IMG/VR virus record: IMGVR_UViG_3300022927_000016
Length of the DNA stretch: 64,000 bases
Strand: one strand, 5' to 3'
Origin: an uncultured virus (IMG/VR IMGVR_UViG_3300022927_000016)
Lineage: Duplodnaviria; Heunggongvirae; Uroviricota; Caudoviricetes
This document shows positions 8,839 through 18,585 of this stretch, in pieces. The notes beneath the pieces were generated by a model that had not been told where the DNA came from, did not search any database, and worked only from the letters and a program-made list of their open reading frames with translations. Position 1 is the first letter of the stretch. Every line of letters starts with the position of its first letter. Made by a program: the position numbers and the translations under genes.

Positions 8839-9876
8839 ATGGCAGTAACTTATAACCCTTTCGAGTCAGAGCATGGATTTAAAAGCCCAGGCTTTACAGT
8901 TGATGATAACGGTAATGTTACAGTTCGTAGTCTTTCTTATATTGAGGAAGAAGAAGTAGTTCTTGAAGGTAGATTATATTTTAATCAATTAGGAACAGGC
9001 GATCAAGCAGTTTATACTCAGGACGGCGTATTTGCACCAGGTTCAGATGTCCTTAGGCAAAATCCTCCATTACAATTTACTAGAGGTGAAACATATTCAT
9101 TTAACTTAAATAATTTTAATTATCTTACATGGAATATTTGGCAAGAAGATCTAACAGGAAATTCAGCAGTTACAATTAATGGAACTCCAGTAGTTTATTA
9201 TAACAATGGAATTAGTTATAAAGTTAGCGATACTGATGTTTCAACACTAGAAGGACAAGATGCACAAGGAAAAACTAATGGTGTATTTTTCTTCGAGGTT
9301 CCACCTTTAGCACCTGAAACATTATACTATGGAACAGGTGATGGATCTATATTTGGTGTTATTACAACAGCAGATCCAACTATTACAGGTGTTGGTAGTT
9401 TTAGTTCTTTAAATGTTATTGGAGATGCAACATTTACAGGACAAGATTCAGAAATTACTATTGCACCATCTGGTCAGTATGGTACTGTTACAATTAGTCC
9501 TGGCGGAGCAGGTACATTAAGTAATATGTACGTCCAAGCAATTACATTAGATGTAACAGATACGACTACAATTACTCCTGATAATAGAAGTGTAACAATA
9601 GCACCAACAGGAACAGGAATTTTAACACTATCATCTGGACTAACAGGATCTATCGATAACATGGAAATAGGTCAGTCAATTCCAAGAGATGGTTCATTCT
9701 TAGCCCTAAATGCAGAAAATGGGTTAAATAGTACAGTGATAGGAAATGTTACTCCAGAAGAGGCAACATTTACACAAGCAACAGGAAAAAACGCACCAGT
9801 GACTAGTCAACATTTAACAAACAAACAGTACGTAGATAATACAGCAACGGCGTTGGCTATTGCATTAGGAGTATAA
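8839..9876 (+). CDS. Putative tail fibre/virion protein with degenerate cupredoxin-like domain
   Basis: ATG 8839 with ggag SD; NPPLQFTRGETYSF...VPPLAPETLYY; C-terminal TNKQYVD..ATALAIALG fibre motif. Confidence 0.55.
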   Translation: MAVTYNPFESEHGFKSPGFTVDDNGNVTVRSLSYIEEEEVVLEGRLYFNQLGTGDQAVYTQDGVFAPGSDVLRQNPPLQFTRGETYSFNLNNFNYLTWNIWQEDLTGNSAVTINGTPVVYYNNGISYKVSDTDVSTLEGQDAQGKTNGVFFFEVPPLAPETLYYGTGDGSIFGVITTADPTITGVGSFSSLNVIGDATFTGQDSEITIAPSGQYGTVTISPGGAGTLSNMYVQAITLDVTDTTTITPDNRSVTIAPTGTGILTLSSGLTGSIDNMEIGQSIPRDGSFLALNAENGLNSTVIGNVTPEEATFTQATGKNAPVTSQHLTNKQYVDNTATALAIALGV

Positions 9877-9882
9877 TAAGAG

Positions 9883-12800
9883 ATGGCAAAAAGAAAAATT
9901 AATGAGTACATTTTCCATAACGGAATTTCTTATAGTGATAATTACTATCCTAATGCATATTGGTTAATTGAAAACAACGTTGAATTTATCATTGACGAAG
10001 TTCGTGCATATATTAATACTAATATTGCAAAAGCCGCACAGCACACTCCAACAGACGCAACGTATAATCCGCAAACTGGAATAATGACACTGACTATTCC
10101 TAGTCATCCGTTTGTTCCAGGAGATCAAATTATTATTGAAGAAAGTGCGTTAGTGTTTACTTGTGGATTTGACAATTATGCAACCACACACGCATACCCA
10201 AGAGGTTCAGGAGCACCAAACGATGCAGGAACTGATCCATATTTTGATGCACCGATTTTAATTACATCAACAACAACATCTACTATTACATTCTTTATTG
10301 GAATTTCATCAAATACTTCAACACACGTTTTTGATTCAGCAGTTGCTAATGGTGTGCGAAGTGTGTTTTATAACTATGTAAATGATAGTGATGCTAAGTG
10401 TGAACGCGATATGCGTTATAATCTAATTGGTGGAGATAAGAATAATAGTGTTACAGATCAGCCAGGTGGATTATTATACGACTTAAGATATAAAGGTAAT
10501 GAACAAGCACGTTATCTAGCATCAACATATTGGGATAAAGCAATACCTCAGATTGATGGAGATAGAAATCCAGAAAGAGCCGCAAAGAATTTTTGTGCTT
10601 GGTTAATTAACAATTACATTTTTACTAACGAAGCATGGACAACAAATCAAAGTCCTGCTGTAACAACACAAACTATTAATAGTGAATATATTGCAGAATC
10701 AGGCGCATCAAGTCAAGTTAATAAAGTATTAGTAGATACTATTGGTAGAGTTATTGTTGAAGGCACTGATGCAATGCCAGATTTCCATCGTGCAGAAATT
10801 AGTAGAGCAATTTTTCCAACAAAAGTAACACAAGACAATCTATTATTAATTACAAATACAACTACAAATCAAGTGTTGTTTAACTTTAGTGATCCATCTA
10901 AAGGCGCTGACGTAAAATATACATATGATTCTGTTGAATACACACCTACATATTTCTACTTTCAAAAATTCCTTGAAACTACTGATACAATTACTCAAGT
11001 ATTATTCAACATAGATACTACTAACGAAGAATATCTTACAAATTGTAGAGCATTACTTACAAATAACAAAGAGTTTATTAAAGACGAAGTACGTGCTTGG
11101 ATCGCAGATCAAGTAGCAAATGCATCTGTAGGAAGTATCTGGGATGGATATACCTATAATGCGGCTAAGTGTGAAAGAGATACAGGATTTAACATTGACG
11201 CAATTATTGCTGATATGCAATATGGTGGAAATGCAAACGTAAGAACCACAGCGTCAAAATATTGGAAGGGTCCTACTCCTCAAATTGACGGCACACGCGA
11301 ACAAGAAATTGCCGCTAAAAACTTCATGCGTGATTTGGTTAACAATTATATTCTAACAAAAGCGGTATACCCAACAAAGCAAACAGGAACTCCAGAAACT
11401 ACACAATACTTCTTAGGTGCAGATTGTGAACTTGGTGGGAACACAAGAGTTACATCACTTGTTTCAATTCTTACTGAAGTAATTGAAAAAGGTTTAGATT
11501 TTCTTCCAGTTGAAGATAAGCCGAATGTATTTTCTGAAACAGATACACTTCAGATTTTTGTTGAGCAAGGTGATTTAAGAACAAGACCATATGATTTTGG
11601 TACTGATGCTATTGAAAGACAAAGAGTTGCAAATGCACTATCGATGCTTGATGCTGACTTTGAGTACGGATTACAGCCTACTAAATGGCAGGCAATTGGA
11701 ACGATGCGTGGATATCCATCAACATATGAAGTTCCGGGAACAGATACCGCAGTACAAAGTGTTATTACAGATGCGTCAGACGGCTCTGAAGGCATTGGTC
11801 AATCATTAATTACAGTTATAACGGTTGGACCACATGGCGTACTTGCTGGACAGCCTATTACTATTAGAGGATTAGATGGCGCTGTTAAAGGCAACGGTCG
11901 TGCAGAAGGTACATTTATTGTTAATACTGTTGTTAATAATTCAACATTTACATACTATGCAAAAGCAAAAGTTGGCACAGCCGCTGGAACACAGTTAGTA
12001 ACATTTTATACAATTTTAAGACAAGCGGCATTTTATACAGGTGCGGCAATCCAAGGAGATACAGCAGGCTTTGTAGTTACATCTCAAGGATCATCAGGCT
12101 CATTTAGTCTTGCATTAGGAGTTGATGCTGAAGAAAATAGATTACCTATTCAAGGAACACCACCAAGTCTTGGTGCTCCACTACAAGCAACCGGCGGAGG
12201 AATTCCAGTAGGTTCTCAGGTTACTGGTATCACTGGCGACGGAAATATTATTACAACTCCGGTTACTACCGCTGATACACCACAAGGAAGTTTTACAATA
12301 TCTGTTGAAGATGCAACTGATGTTGAAATTGGTTCAGCATTAGATAGAGGTGACGGATCAGCGGCCTTTGTTACTAATGTTGTAGGTAATGATTTAACTA
12401 TTAGTTCAGCAACTACACAAGTACTAGTTGGTAATAGAGTTTTATACTCAGGATTAACTGGAACAAATGATACTACAATTGGTAACGGTGCTACGTTTGA
12501 TGTAACTAGAACAAGTGGAGTATACGCAGTATCACTTGGAAATACAGGACAAGATTATAAAATCGGTGATAACATTGTTATTAGTGGTGGAAGTTTAGGC
12601 GGAACAGATACAACAAACGATTTACGTATTGTTATTGAAGATGTTGACACTGGTGGAGAAATAGTTTCATTCGCATTCAGCGGTACAGGATTTGACGGTG
12701 AAGGAACATTCTTTGGAGTTAATGGACAACTTGCTGGCGGACAAGGTACTGATCCAGTATTTGATATTACATATACTAACAACGTTTATACTGCAAGTGT

Positions 12801-15800
12801 AGCATCACCTGATACATCATCAGGATATACAGTTGGCGATATTATTGTTATTGATGGTTTTGATGTTGGCGGACAAAGTGTAACCAACGATGCATTTATT
12901 AAAGTTGAAACTGTTGGGGCTGGCGGCTCTATTACTAGTGTATCAACTACAGGTACAGCAGTTGACGCTGATGTGAGTTATTCATCTCCTCCTTACACAT
13001 CAACTACTATATCAGGTCTTGGTGCTGACTTTAACGTACAACGTATCGGTACTGTTTATTCAGTAGTAGTAACTAATCCAGGTACAGGATACTTAGCGGC
13101 AGAAACATTTACAATTTTAGGATCAGAACTTGGTGGCGCTGACGGAACAAATAACTTAACAATTACAATCACTACTGTTGATGTTAACGGCGGTATTACT
13201 GGAGTAAGTACAGCAGGTACAGCAATTAATACAAGATCATATGGTTATGTTTCAGGTACTAACCAAATTGGATCTGGAGCAACATTCCAAATTGATCTAA
13301 GTGGCGGCGCTTATACAATTAATATTGAAGGTGCAGGCCAAAGGTATGGTGTTGATCAAGTTATTAATATTTTAGGTACTCAAGTTAGCGGCACAGTTCC
13401 AGAAAACGACATTGCTATTACTATTACTTCTATTCAAAATGATGGAGGTATTACAGGAATATCATTTACAGGATCAGGTGCTACAGGATCAGGAACATAT
13501 CTTGGAGCAATTGGCGATAACGATCCAAACTCTGGTGCAGATGCAGTCTTTAGTGTAACTAGAGATGCTGGAACTTATTCTATTGTTAATGCAACCGACA
13601 ACGGTAGCGGATATAAAGTTGGTGATAGAATTATTATTCCAGGTGATCAATTAGGTGGCGACACTCCTACAAACGATTTAACACTTCGTTGTACAGTTGA
13701 ATCTACTGAAGGTGATTTCTTAGGAATTGATATTAGCGGAACAGCAGTTCCAGGCAGTACATTAGATCTTTATAGTTCTATAACAATGTCAGAGGAAACA
13801 ACATCTAATATTAGTCAAGCAACAGTTATTACTTATAGTGCATTAGCAAGTATTAGAGTTACATTCCAAACACCTCATGGTCTTGTACCTGGAGATAGTT
13901 TTGCTGTAACTATATCATCTGATGATGGTGCTAATCTTCATAACTTAGCGGCTGGACCGTTCAGTGCTACAGCAGTTCCTAGTTTAACACAATTAGAATA
14001 TCAATGTAGATCACCAGGATTTATTGATACTGGAACAGCAAACGATCAACCAATTATTGGTGCAGTTTATCCAAGACCAGATTCGTTCTTTCTCCACAGA
14101 CCATATGATGGTGGTGTTCAGTTAGGAACAGGTGGTCCACAACACGGTGCTCAAGCAATTAGACAGAGTAAAAAGTATATTAGATATCAGTCAGGTAAAG
14201 GTATTATGTACACAACTGGTGCACTTTTTGCTCCAAGTTATAATATTCTTAATATTACAGCAAGCAATACATCACCAGGATCTGTAATCACTGTAACTAC
14301 TGATGAAACAGAACACGGGTTACAAGTTGGCGGACAAATTCGTATTATCGGAGTTGACACTGTAGGATATAATGATACTTACACTGTATCAGCGGTCAAT
14401 GACGAAAATGAATTTGAAATTATTGCTGTAAATGCACTAGGATCAGTTACTCCTGAACTAAGTTCGGAATGTCAAGTGTCAATTAGTAAGTTTCACGGTG
14501 CAACTGTACGTTCAGGAGCATTTGATGATCAAAACGGTATCTTCTTTGAATATGACGGTACACAATTTAGTGCTGTACAAAGAACTGCTACTTTACAATT
14601 AGCAGGTGTTGTTGATATCGATGTTGACTCTAACACTTGTACAGGAACAGGAACAAGATTTAGAGAACAACTAAAAGCAGGTGATAGAATTGTTCTTAAA
14701 GGTATGACTCACGTTGTATCCCAGGTTGTTGACAATACAACAATGTACCTTGCACCTGACTTCCGTGGTGTTACTAATGTACGTTCAAGTAAGATTTGTT
14801 TAGTAAGAGATAAGAAAACAGAACAAAAAGATTTTAACAGAGACAGAGGTGACGGAACAGGACCAAGTGGATATAACATTGATATCAGTAAGATGCAGAT
14901 GGTAGGTATTCAATATTCATGGTACGGTGCTGGTTTTATTGATTATATGCTACGTGGTGCAGATGGTAACTTTGTGTTTATGCACAGAATGAGAAACTCA
15001 AACATTAACACAGAAGCATTTATGCGTACAGGTAATATGCCAGTACGTTACGAAATTACTAACGAAGGACCAAGTGGTAAACTTTCACAAGATATTGACG
15101 CAGTAGTTGACACTATTCCGTTAGTAGATGCTTCGTTCTTTCCACCAGAAGGCGGAACAGTTTATATTGATGCAGAAATGATACGTTTCACTGGAGTTGA
15201 TGGTAAAAACTTAATAGGTTGTACACGAGCAAGTACAATGACAAACTTTGCATCAGGCGCTACAAGAACATATAGCGGTGGACCAGCGGCGCAACATACA
15301 CGAAATACAGGAGTTGTATTAATTAGTAATACAGCGTCACCGGTTATTTCACACTGGGGTTCAGCGTTTATTACAGACGGCGGCTTTGACTCAGATCGTG
15401 GATACTTGTTCTCATACAAATCAACTGGAGTTCAAGTTAGCACAACAAGAACAACATCATTCTTGCTTAGACTAGCACCGTCAGTATCTAACGCACTAGT
15501 TGGAGACTTGGGTGAAAGAGAACTACTTAACAGAGCACAGTTACTACTTGAAGGTCTTGAGATTACAACAGACCAACCGGTAGCGTTAGACACGGGCGGT
15601 ATTGTTATTGAAGGTATTTTGAATCCACAAAACTATCCATTAAACCCAGCGGACGTTGGTTGGCAGGGACTGTCAGGACTAGCACAAGGTGGACAGCCTA
15701 GTTTTGCACAAGTAGCACCAGGTGGTTCTACTAACTGGAACTCGGGTGATATACCAACCCAATCACTAGTCCTTACACAGGCACCGATTACTGCCGCTGT

Positions 15801-16554
15801 TACAGGTGTTGATAGAGGATATAGAAATAATAACGACTATTGGGATAATGCTGTGCGTACAGGAAGAAACTTCTTCTGGGTACAAGAGTCATTTTATGCG
15901 GCAAATCAAGCCTTATTCCAAGTAGGTATTGAAATAGAATCACCAGGAAACTTCCCAGCAGGTACTACTATTCAACAAGTTGGTTCTTGGACAACGAGTT
16001 CGGCTAGTTCAGGAACAATTAGACCAATTTATCTTAGTTCCAATGGTCAAACAAACGTTACAACCGGATCAATAGCCATTACATTTAAGAAAACGTTTAA
16101 AGAAGCACCAACTAACAACATCTTCTTTGACAAAACTAGTTTTGATGCGGCTGGTGTAGCACAAGGTACTAACGTAAGTGATGGCAGATTCCCAGCAGGA
16201 ACACAGGTATCTACAGTTAGTATTGGTGAATATAATAATGTAGAATATTATAGCGTAACATTTAACCAAACTTCAGATAACAGTGCTATTACTGCAGGTA
16301 CTACAACTATTGAATTTGAATTTGTGCAACCACCGTTTGCTCAACCAGGCGAAACTATCTTCTCATTCATTGCACAGCCTGGAGAAAGATCAACTCTTGA
16401 TCTATCATTCATTAAGGAATTAACTAATACTACACTAGGTGGTAGAGGTACATTCCCGAATGGTCCAGACGTATTAGCAATTAACGTTTATAAGACATCG
16501 GGTGCGTCAATCATTAGTAACATTGTACTACGTTGGTCGGAAGCACAAGCATAA
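9883..16554 (+). CDS. Giant (2223 aa) virion structural / tail-associated protein with repeated domains
   Basis: T/G/S-rich beta repeats, HG(L/V)..G..I domains, two CERD helical domains; in late operon. Confidence 0.75.
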   Translation: MAKRKINEYIFHNGISYSDNYYPNAYWLIENNVEFIIDEVRAYINTNIAKAAQHTPTDATYNPQTGIMTLTIPSHPFVPGDQIIIEESALVFTCGFDNYATTHAYPRGSGAPNDAGTDPYFDAPILITSTTTSTITFFIGISSNTSTHVFDSAVANGVRSVFYNYVNDSDAKCERDMRYNLIGGDKNNSVTDQPGGLLYDLRYKGNEQARYLASTYWDKAIPQIDGDRNPERAAKNFCAWLINNYIFTNEAWTTNQSPAVTTQTINSEYIAESGASSQVNKVLVDTIGRVIVEGTDAMPDFHRAEISRAIFPTKVTQDNLLLITNTTTNQVLFNFSDPSKGADVKYTYDSVEYTPTYFYFQKFLETTDTITQVLFNIDTTNEEYLTNCRALLTNNKEFIKDEVRAWIADQVANASVGSIWDGYTYNAAKCERDTGFNIDAIIADMQYGGNANVRTTASKYWKGPTPQIDGTREQEIAAKNFMRDLVNNYILTKAVYPTKQTGTPETTQYFLGADCELGGNTRVTSLVSILTEVIEKGLDFLPVEDKPNVFSETDTLQIFVEQGDLRTRPYDFGTDAIERQRVANALSMLDADFEYGLQPTKWQAIGTMRGYPSTYEVPGTDTAVQSVITDASDGSEGIGQSLITVITVGPHGVLAGQPITIRGLDGAVKGNGRAEGTFIVNTVVNNSTFTYYAKAKVGTAAGTQLVTFYTILRQAAFYTGAAIQGDTAGFVVTSQGSSGSFSLALGVDAEENRLPIQGTPPSLGAPLQATGGGIPVGSQVTGITGDGNIITTPVTTADTPQGSFTISVEDATDVEIGSALDRGDGSAAFVTNVVGNDLTISSATTQVLVGNRVLYSGLTGTNDTTIGNGATFDVTRTSGVYAVSLGNTGQDYKIGDNIVISGGSLGGTDTTNDLRIVIEDVDTGGEIVSFAFSGTGFDGEGTFFGVNGQLAGGQGTDPVFDITYTNNVYTASVASPDTSSGYTVGDIIVIDGFDVGGQSVTNDAFIKVETVGAGGSITSVSTTGTAVDADVSYSSPPYTSTTISGLGADFNVQRIGTVYSVVVTNPGTGYLAAETFTILGSELGGADGTNNLTITITTVDVNGGITGVSTAGTAINTRSYGYVSGTNQIGSGATFQIDLSGGAYTINIEGAGQRYGVDQVINILGTQVSGTVPENDIAITITSIQNDGGITGISFTGSGATGSGTYLGAIGDNDPNSGADAVFSVTRDAGTYSIVNATDNGSGYKVGDRIIIPGDQLGGDTPTNDLTLRCTVESTEGDFLGIDISGTAVPGSTLDLYSSITMSEETTSNISQATVITYSALASIRVTFQTPHGLVPGDSFAVTISSDDGANLHNLAAGPFSATAVPSLTQLEYQCRSPGFIDTGTANDQPIIGAVYPRPDSFFLHRPYDGGVQLGTGGPQHGAQAIRQSKKYIRYQSGKGIMYTTGALFAPSYNILNITASNTSPGSVITVTTDETEHGLQVGGQIRIIGVDTVGYNDTYTVSAVNDENEFEIIAVNALGSVTPELSSECQVSISKFHGATVRSGAFDDQNGIFFEYDGTQFSAVQRTATLQLAGVVDIDVDSNTCTGTGTRFREQLKAGDRIVLKGMTHVVSQVVDNTTMYLAPDFRGVTNVRSSKICLVRDKKTEQKDFNRDRGDGTGPSGYNIDISKMQMVGIQYSWYGAGFIDYMLRGADGNFVFMHRMRNSNINTEAFMRTGNMPVRYEITNEGPSGKLSQDIDAVVDTIPLVDASFFPPEGGTVYIDAEMIRFTGVDGKNLIGCTRASTMTNFASGATRTYSGGPAAQHTRNTGVVLISNTASPVISHWGSAFITDGGFDSDRGYLFSYKSTGVQVSTTRTTSFLLRLAPSVSNALVGDLGERELLNRAQLLLEGLEITTDQPVALDTGGIVIEGILNPQNYPLNPADVGWQGLSGLAQGGQPSFAQVAPGGSTNWNSGDIPTQSLVLTQAPITAAVTGVDRGYRNNNDYWDNAVRTGRNFFWVQESFYAANQALFQVGIEIESPGNFPAGTTIQQVGSWTTSSASSGTIRPIYLSSNGQTNVTTGSIAITFKKTFKEAPTNNIFFDKTSFDAAGVAQGTNVSDGRFPAGTQVSTVSIGEYNNVEYYSVTFNQTSDNSAITAGTTTIEFEFVQPPFAQPGETIFSFIAQPGERSTLDLSFIKELTNTTLGGRGTFPNGPDVLAINVYKTSGASIISNIVLRWSEAQA
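12481..13746 (+). repeat. Five tandem ~85-aa beta-domain repeats within the 2223-aa protein
   Basis: Consensus G.GA.F.V....G.Y......G..Y..GD.I.I.G..LGG....NDL.I....V...G.I......GT repeated five times. Confidence 0.85.
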
Positions 16555-16679
16555 TGGAAATCACAGCAGATCTAATTAGAGCAATGAACGAAACATCGTG
16601 GGTAGATGGTATTGGTACTATTGTTGTACTATTATTAGCCTATGCGGCTTATCGTTGGATTAAAAATAAGACTAAGTAG
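16554..16679 (+). CDS. Small single-pass membrane protein (41 aa), not in ORF track
   Basis: TAATG coupling to upstream stop; MEITADLIRAMNETSWVDGIGTIVVLLLAYAAYRWIKNKTK, hydrophobic stretch then basic tail. Confidence 0.6.
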   Translation: MEITADLIRAMNETSWVDGIGTIVVLLLAYAAYRWIKNKTK

Positions 16680-17076
16680 GCATCGGCGGCGGATTATTTT
16701 TCTTTATAACATCTTTTTGACTGTCACCTGGAATAATGCGGTAGTTGTCTTCAACTGAATCTGGTGTACTTACTTCACTTACAGAACTATTTGGTTCTAA
16801 CGCAATAAGTTGGTGCGGTTGTAGTGGTGGATTATGCCAAGTATCCCCGGGTTTCAATTCTTTGCTGTATAATACAGCATCTTTTGTGTCAATCCATTTA
16901 ACTTCAAAACGTCCTTGGTTAACAAACCAGGTTTCGTCTTTCTCTTTATGAAAATGCATAGAAAATTTAGCACCTGCTTTTTCAAATACCATAATTTTTC
17001 CGCAGTACTTGTCATTAGTAGCCCAGATTAACTCGTAGCCCCAACCTTTTTCAACTTTACCATCAAGTCGACTCAT
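16672..17076 (-). CDS. Cupin-fold sugar isomerase-like protein
   Basis: KGWGYELIW..YCGK, SMHFH..KDETW, PH, EVSTP cupin metal motifs. Confidence 0.75.
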   Translation of the reverse strand: MSRLDGKVEKGWGYELIWATNDKYCGKIMVFEKAGAKFSMHFHKEKDETWFVNQGRFEVKWIDTKDAVLYSKELKPGDTWHNPPLQPHQLIALEPNSSVSEVSTPDSVEDNYRIIPGDSQKDVIKKNNPPPMPT

Positions 17077-17774
17077 TCTTTACTCCATTTTTTCATAAAA
17101 TTTTTGTATGCTCCACGAAACTTACTTTGAAAGATCATATTACTAACAAAACTAGCACGATACTTCTCTTGATCTTCGTCTTGTACAGTCGTTTCTAACT
17201 CAGTAAGTCTAATAGGAATGTACATTGCTAAAGGTGTACCTTTTTCTATTAAAAATTCACCTTCTTTTTTAATTAGTAGTTGTTGATTGATCTGATGACT
17301 CCATTCGGTATGGGTAACACCAGGCATACATTCAAAATATTCATTAAAATCATAAAACATCGGTAATTGCATCATTGCCCAACCCGGACTTGTGCGTACA
17401 CGCCACGGACAATCGGTTTTCGCAACACATAAAAACTTATCTTTCACATTTTCTGGCAAATAGTTTTTAAACTGTTCGTCATAATGTAAACTCATAGTAA
17501 AATCTTCATTACTCGAATGCCATGCAAACTCGTTCTTCGTTACTTTCAGGTGAAAATCACACCACATAGTAACTACATAAGCATTTTTATAATAATCAAC
17601 AAAACCAGGACAGTTTTTTAATGTGCCTTTGTCTTTAAAATTATCCTCTTGAATAAATTTAGGCATATTTTTAAACCATAACGGCAGAAACTTAGTAGCA
17701 GACTGTACCGGTTCTACTTTAGTAAGACCAGGTACTACACTCCACCATTCAACTTTACATTTATTTTGACTCAT
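17073..17774 (-). CDS. Conserved phage hypothetical protein (T.K.CP family), paralog of 59575..60288
   Basis: P.W.K.MP...TLKNCPG...PW...PG...IEKGTPL..YIP; start at 17774 overlaps hldD end. Confidence 0.55.
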   Translation of the reverse strand: MSQNKCKVEWWSVVPGLTKVEPVQSATKFLPLWFKNMPKFIQEDNFKDKGTLKNCPGFVDYYKNAYVVTMWCDFHLKVTKNEFAWHSSNEDFTMSLHYDEQFKNYLPENVKDKFLCVAKTDCPWRVRTSPGWAMMQLPMFYDFNEYFECMPGVTHTEWSHQINQQLLIKKEGEFLIEKGTPLAMYIPIRLTELETTVQDEDQEKYRASFVSNMIFQSKFRGAYKNFMKKWSKE

Positions 17775-18585
17775 GTATCCATTCCGTTGGTCTAATAAAA
17801 GAATGATCAATTACATTAAGCAATTTTGTGTTATCAGCACAGGTGTACTCTTGATATTGACTTTTTAATTTTTCAGGCATAGGTATATATTCTATTCTAG
17901 CATCATATTTTTTAGCAATGGTTAACGCAATGTCTTTGAATGATGTTGCAGTACCAGTACCTAAGTTAAAAATACCATTTACGTCTTTTTCTAACATTTT
18001 TTCATGCACTAAACACACATCCTGTACACTAATAAAATCACGCAAGTAATTTTCACTATTTTCAAACAATGTAATCACACCACGTTCTTTGGCTTGTTTA
18101 GTAAACTTAGTTATTGGACTTGCTTGATCTCCTTTATGGTCTTCATAATTTCCATATACATTAAAATAACGGAATCCTTGAATATTAATTTTAAAGTCAT
18201 CATTAAAATCATTAACCCATCTATCAATAAGATACTTGCTCCATGCATAAGGACTTTGTGGAAAGCATTTAGATGTTTCACGAAATCCATCTGCTCCAGG
18301 CCCATACACACTTGCTGAACTTGAAAACTGTAAACTAGTACCCATCATATCACAAATTTCAATAAGTTTCATTGTCCATTCATAATTTTGTTTTAATACC
18401 TTTTCAACATCGGATTCAGTAGTACTTGAAATAGCACCGCAGTGAATAATACGATCATATTGTTGAGCATCAGGAAACTTGTTTTCTTGCCACTCCCAAC
18501 CTTCAACATCATGTCCTTTATGTTGTAAGTAAGAAGAAAGATTTTTACCAATAAATCCTTCATGTCCTGTAACTAAAATTTTCAT
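17761..18585 (-). CDS. hldD: ADP-L-glycero-D-manno-heptose 6-epimerase
   Basis: VTGHEGFIG, H.GAISSTTE, SSSASVYG, YAWSK, GFRYFNVYG..E.HKG, RDFI.V.DV, YQEYTCAD. Confidence 0.88.
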   Translation of the reverse strand: MKILVTGHEGFIGKNLSSYLQHKGHDVEGWEWQENKFPDAQQYDRIIHCGAISSTTESDVEKVLKQNYEWTMKLIEICDMMGTSLQFSSSASVYGPGADGFRETSKCFPQSPYAWSKYLIDRWVNDFNDDFKINIQGFRYFNVYGNYEDHKGDQASPITKFTKQAKERGVITLFENSENYLRDFISVQDVCLVHEKMLEKDVNGIFNLGTGTATSFKDIALTIAKKYDARIEYIPMPEKLKSQYQEYTCADNTKLLNVIDHSFIRPTEWIHESK

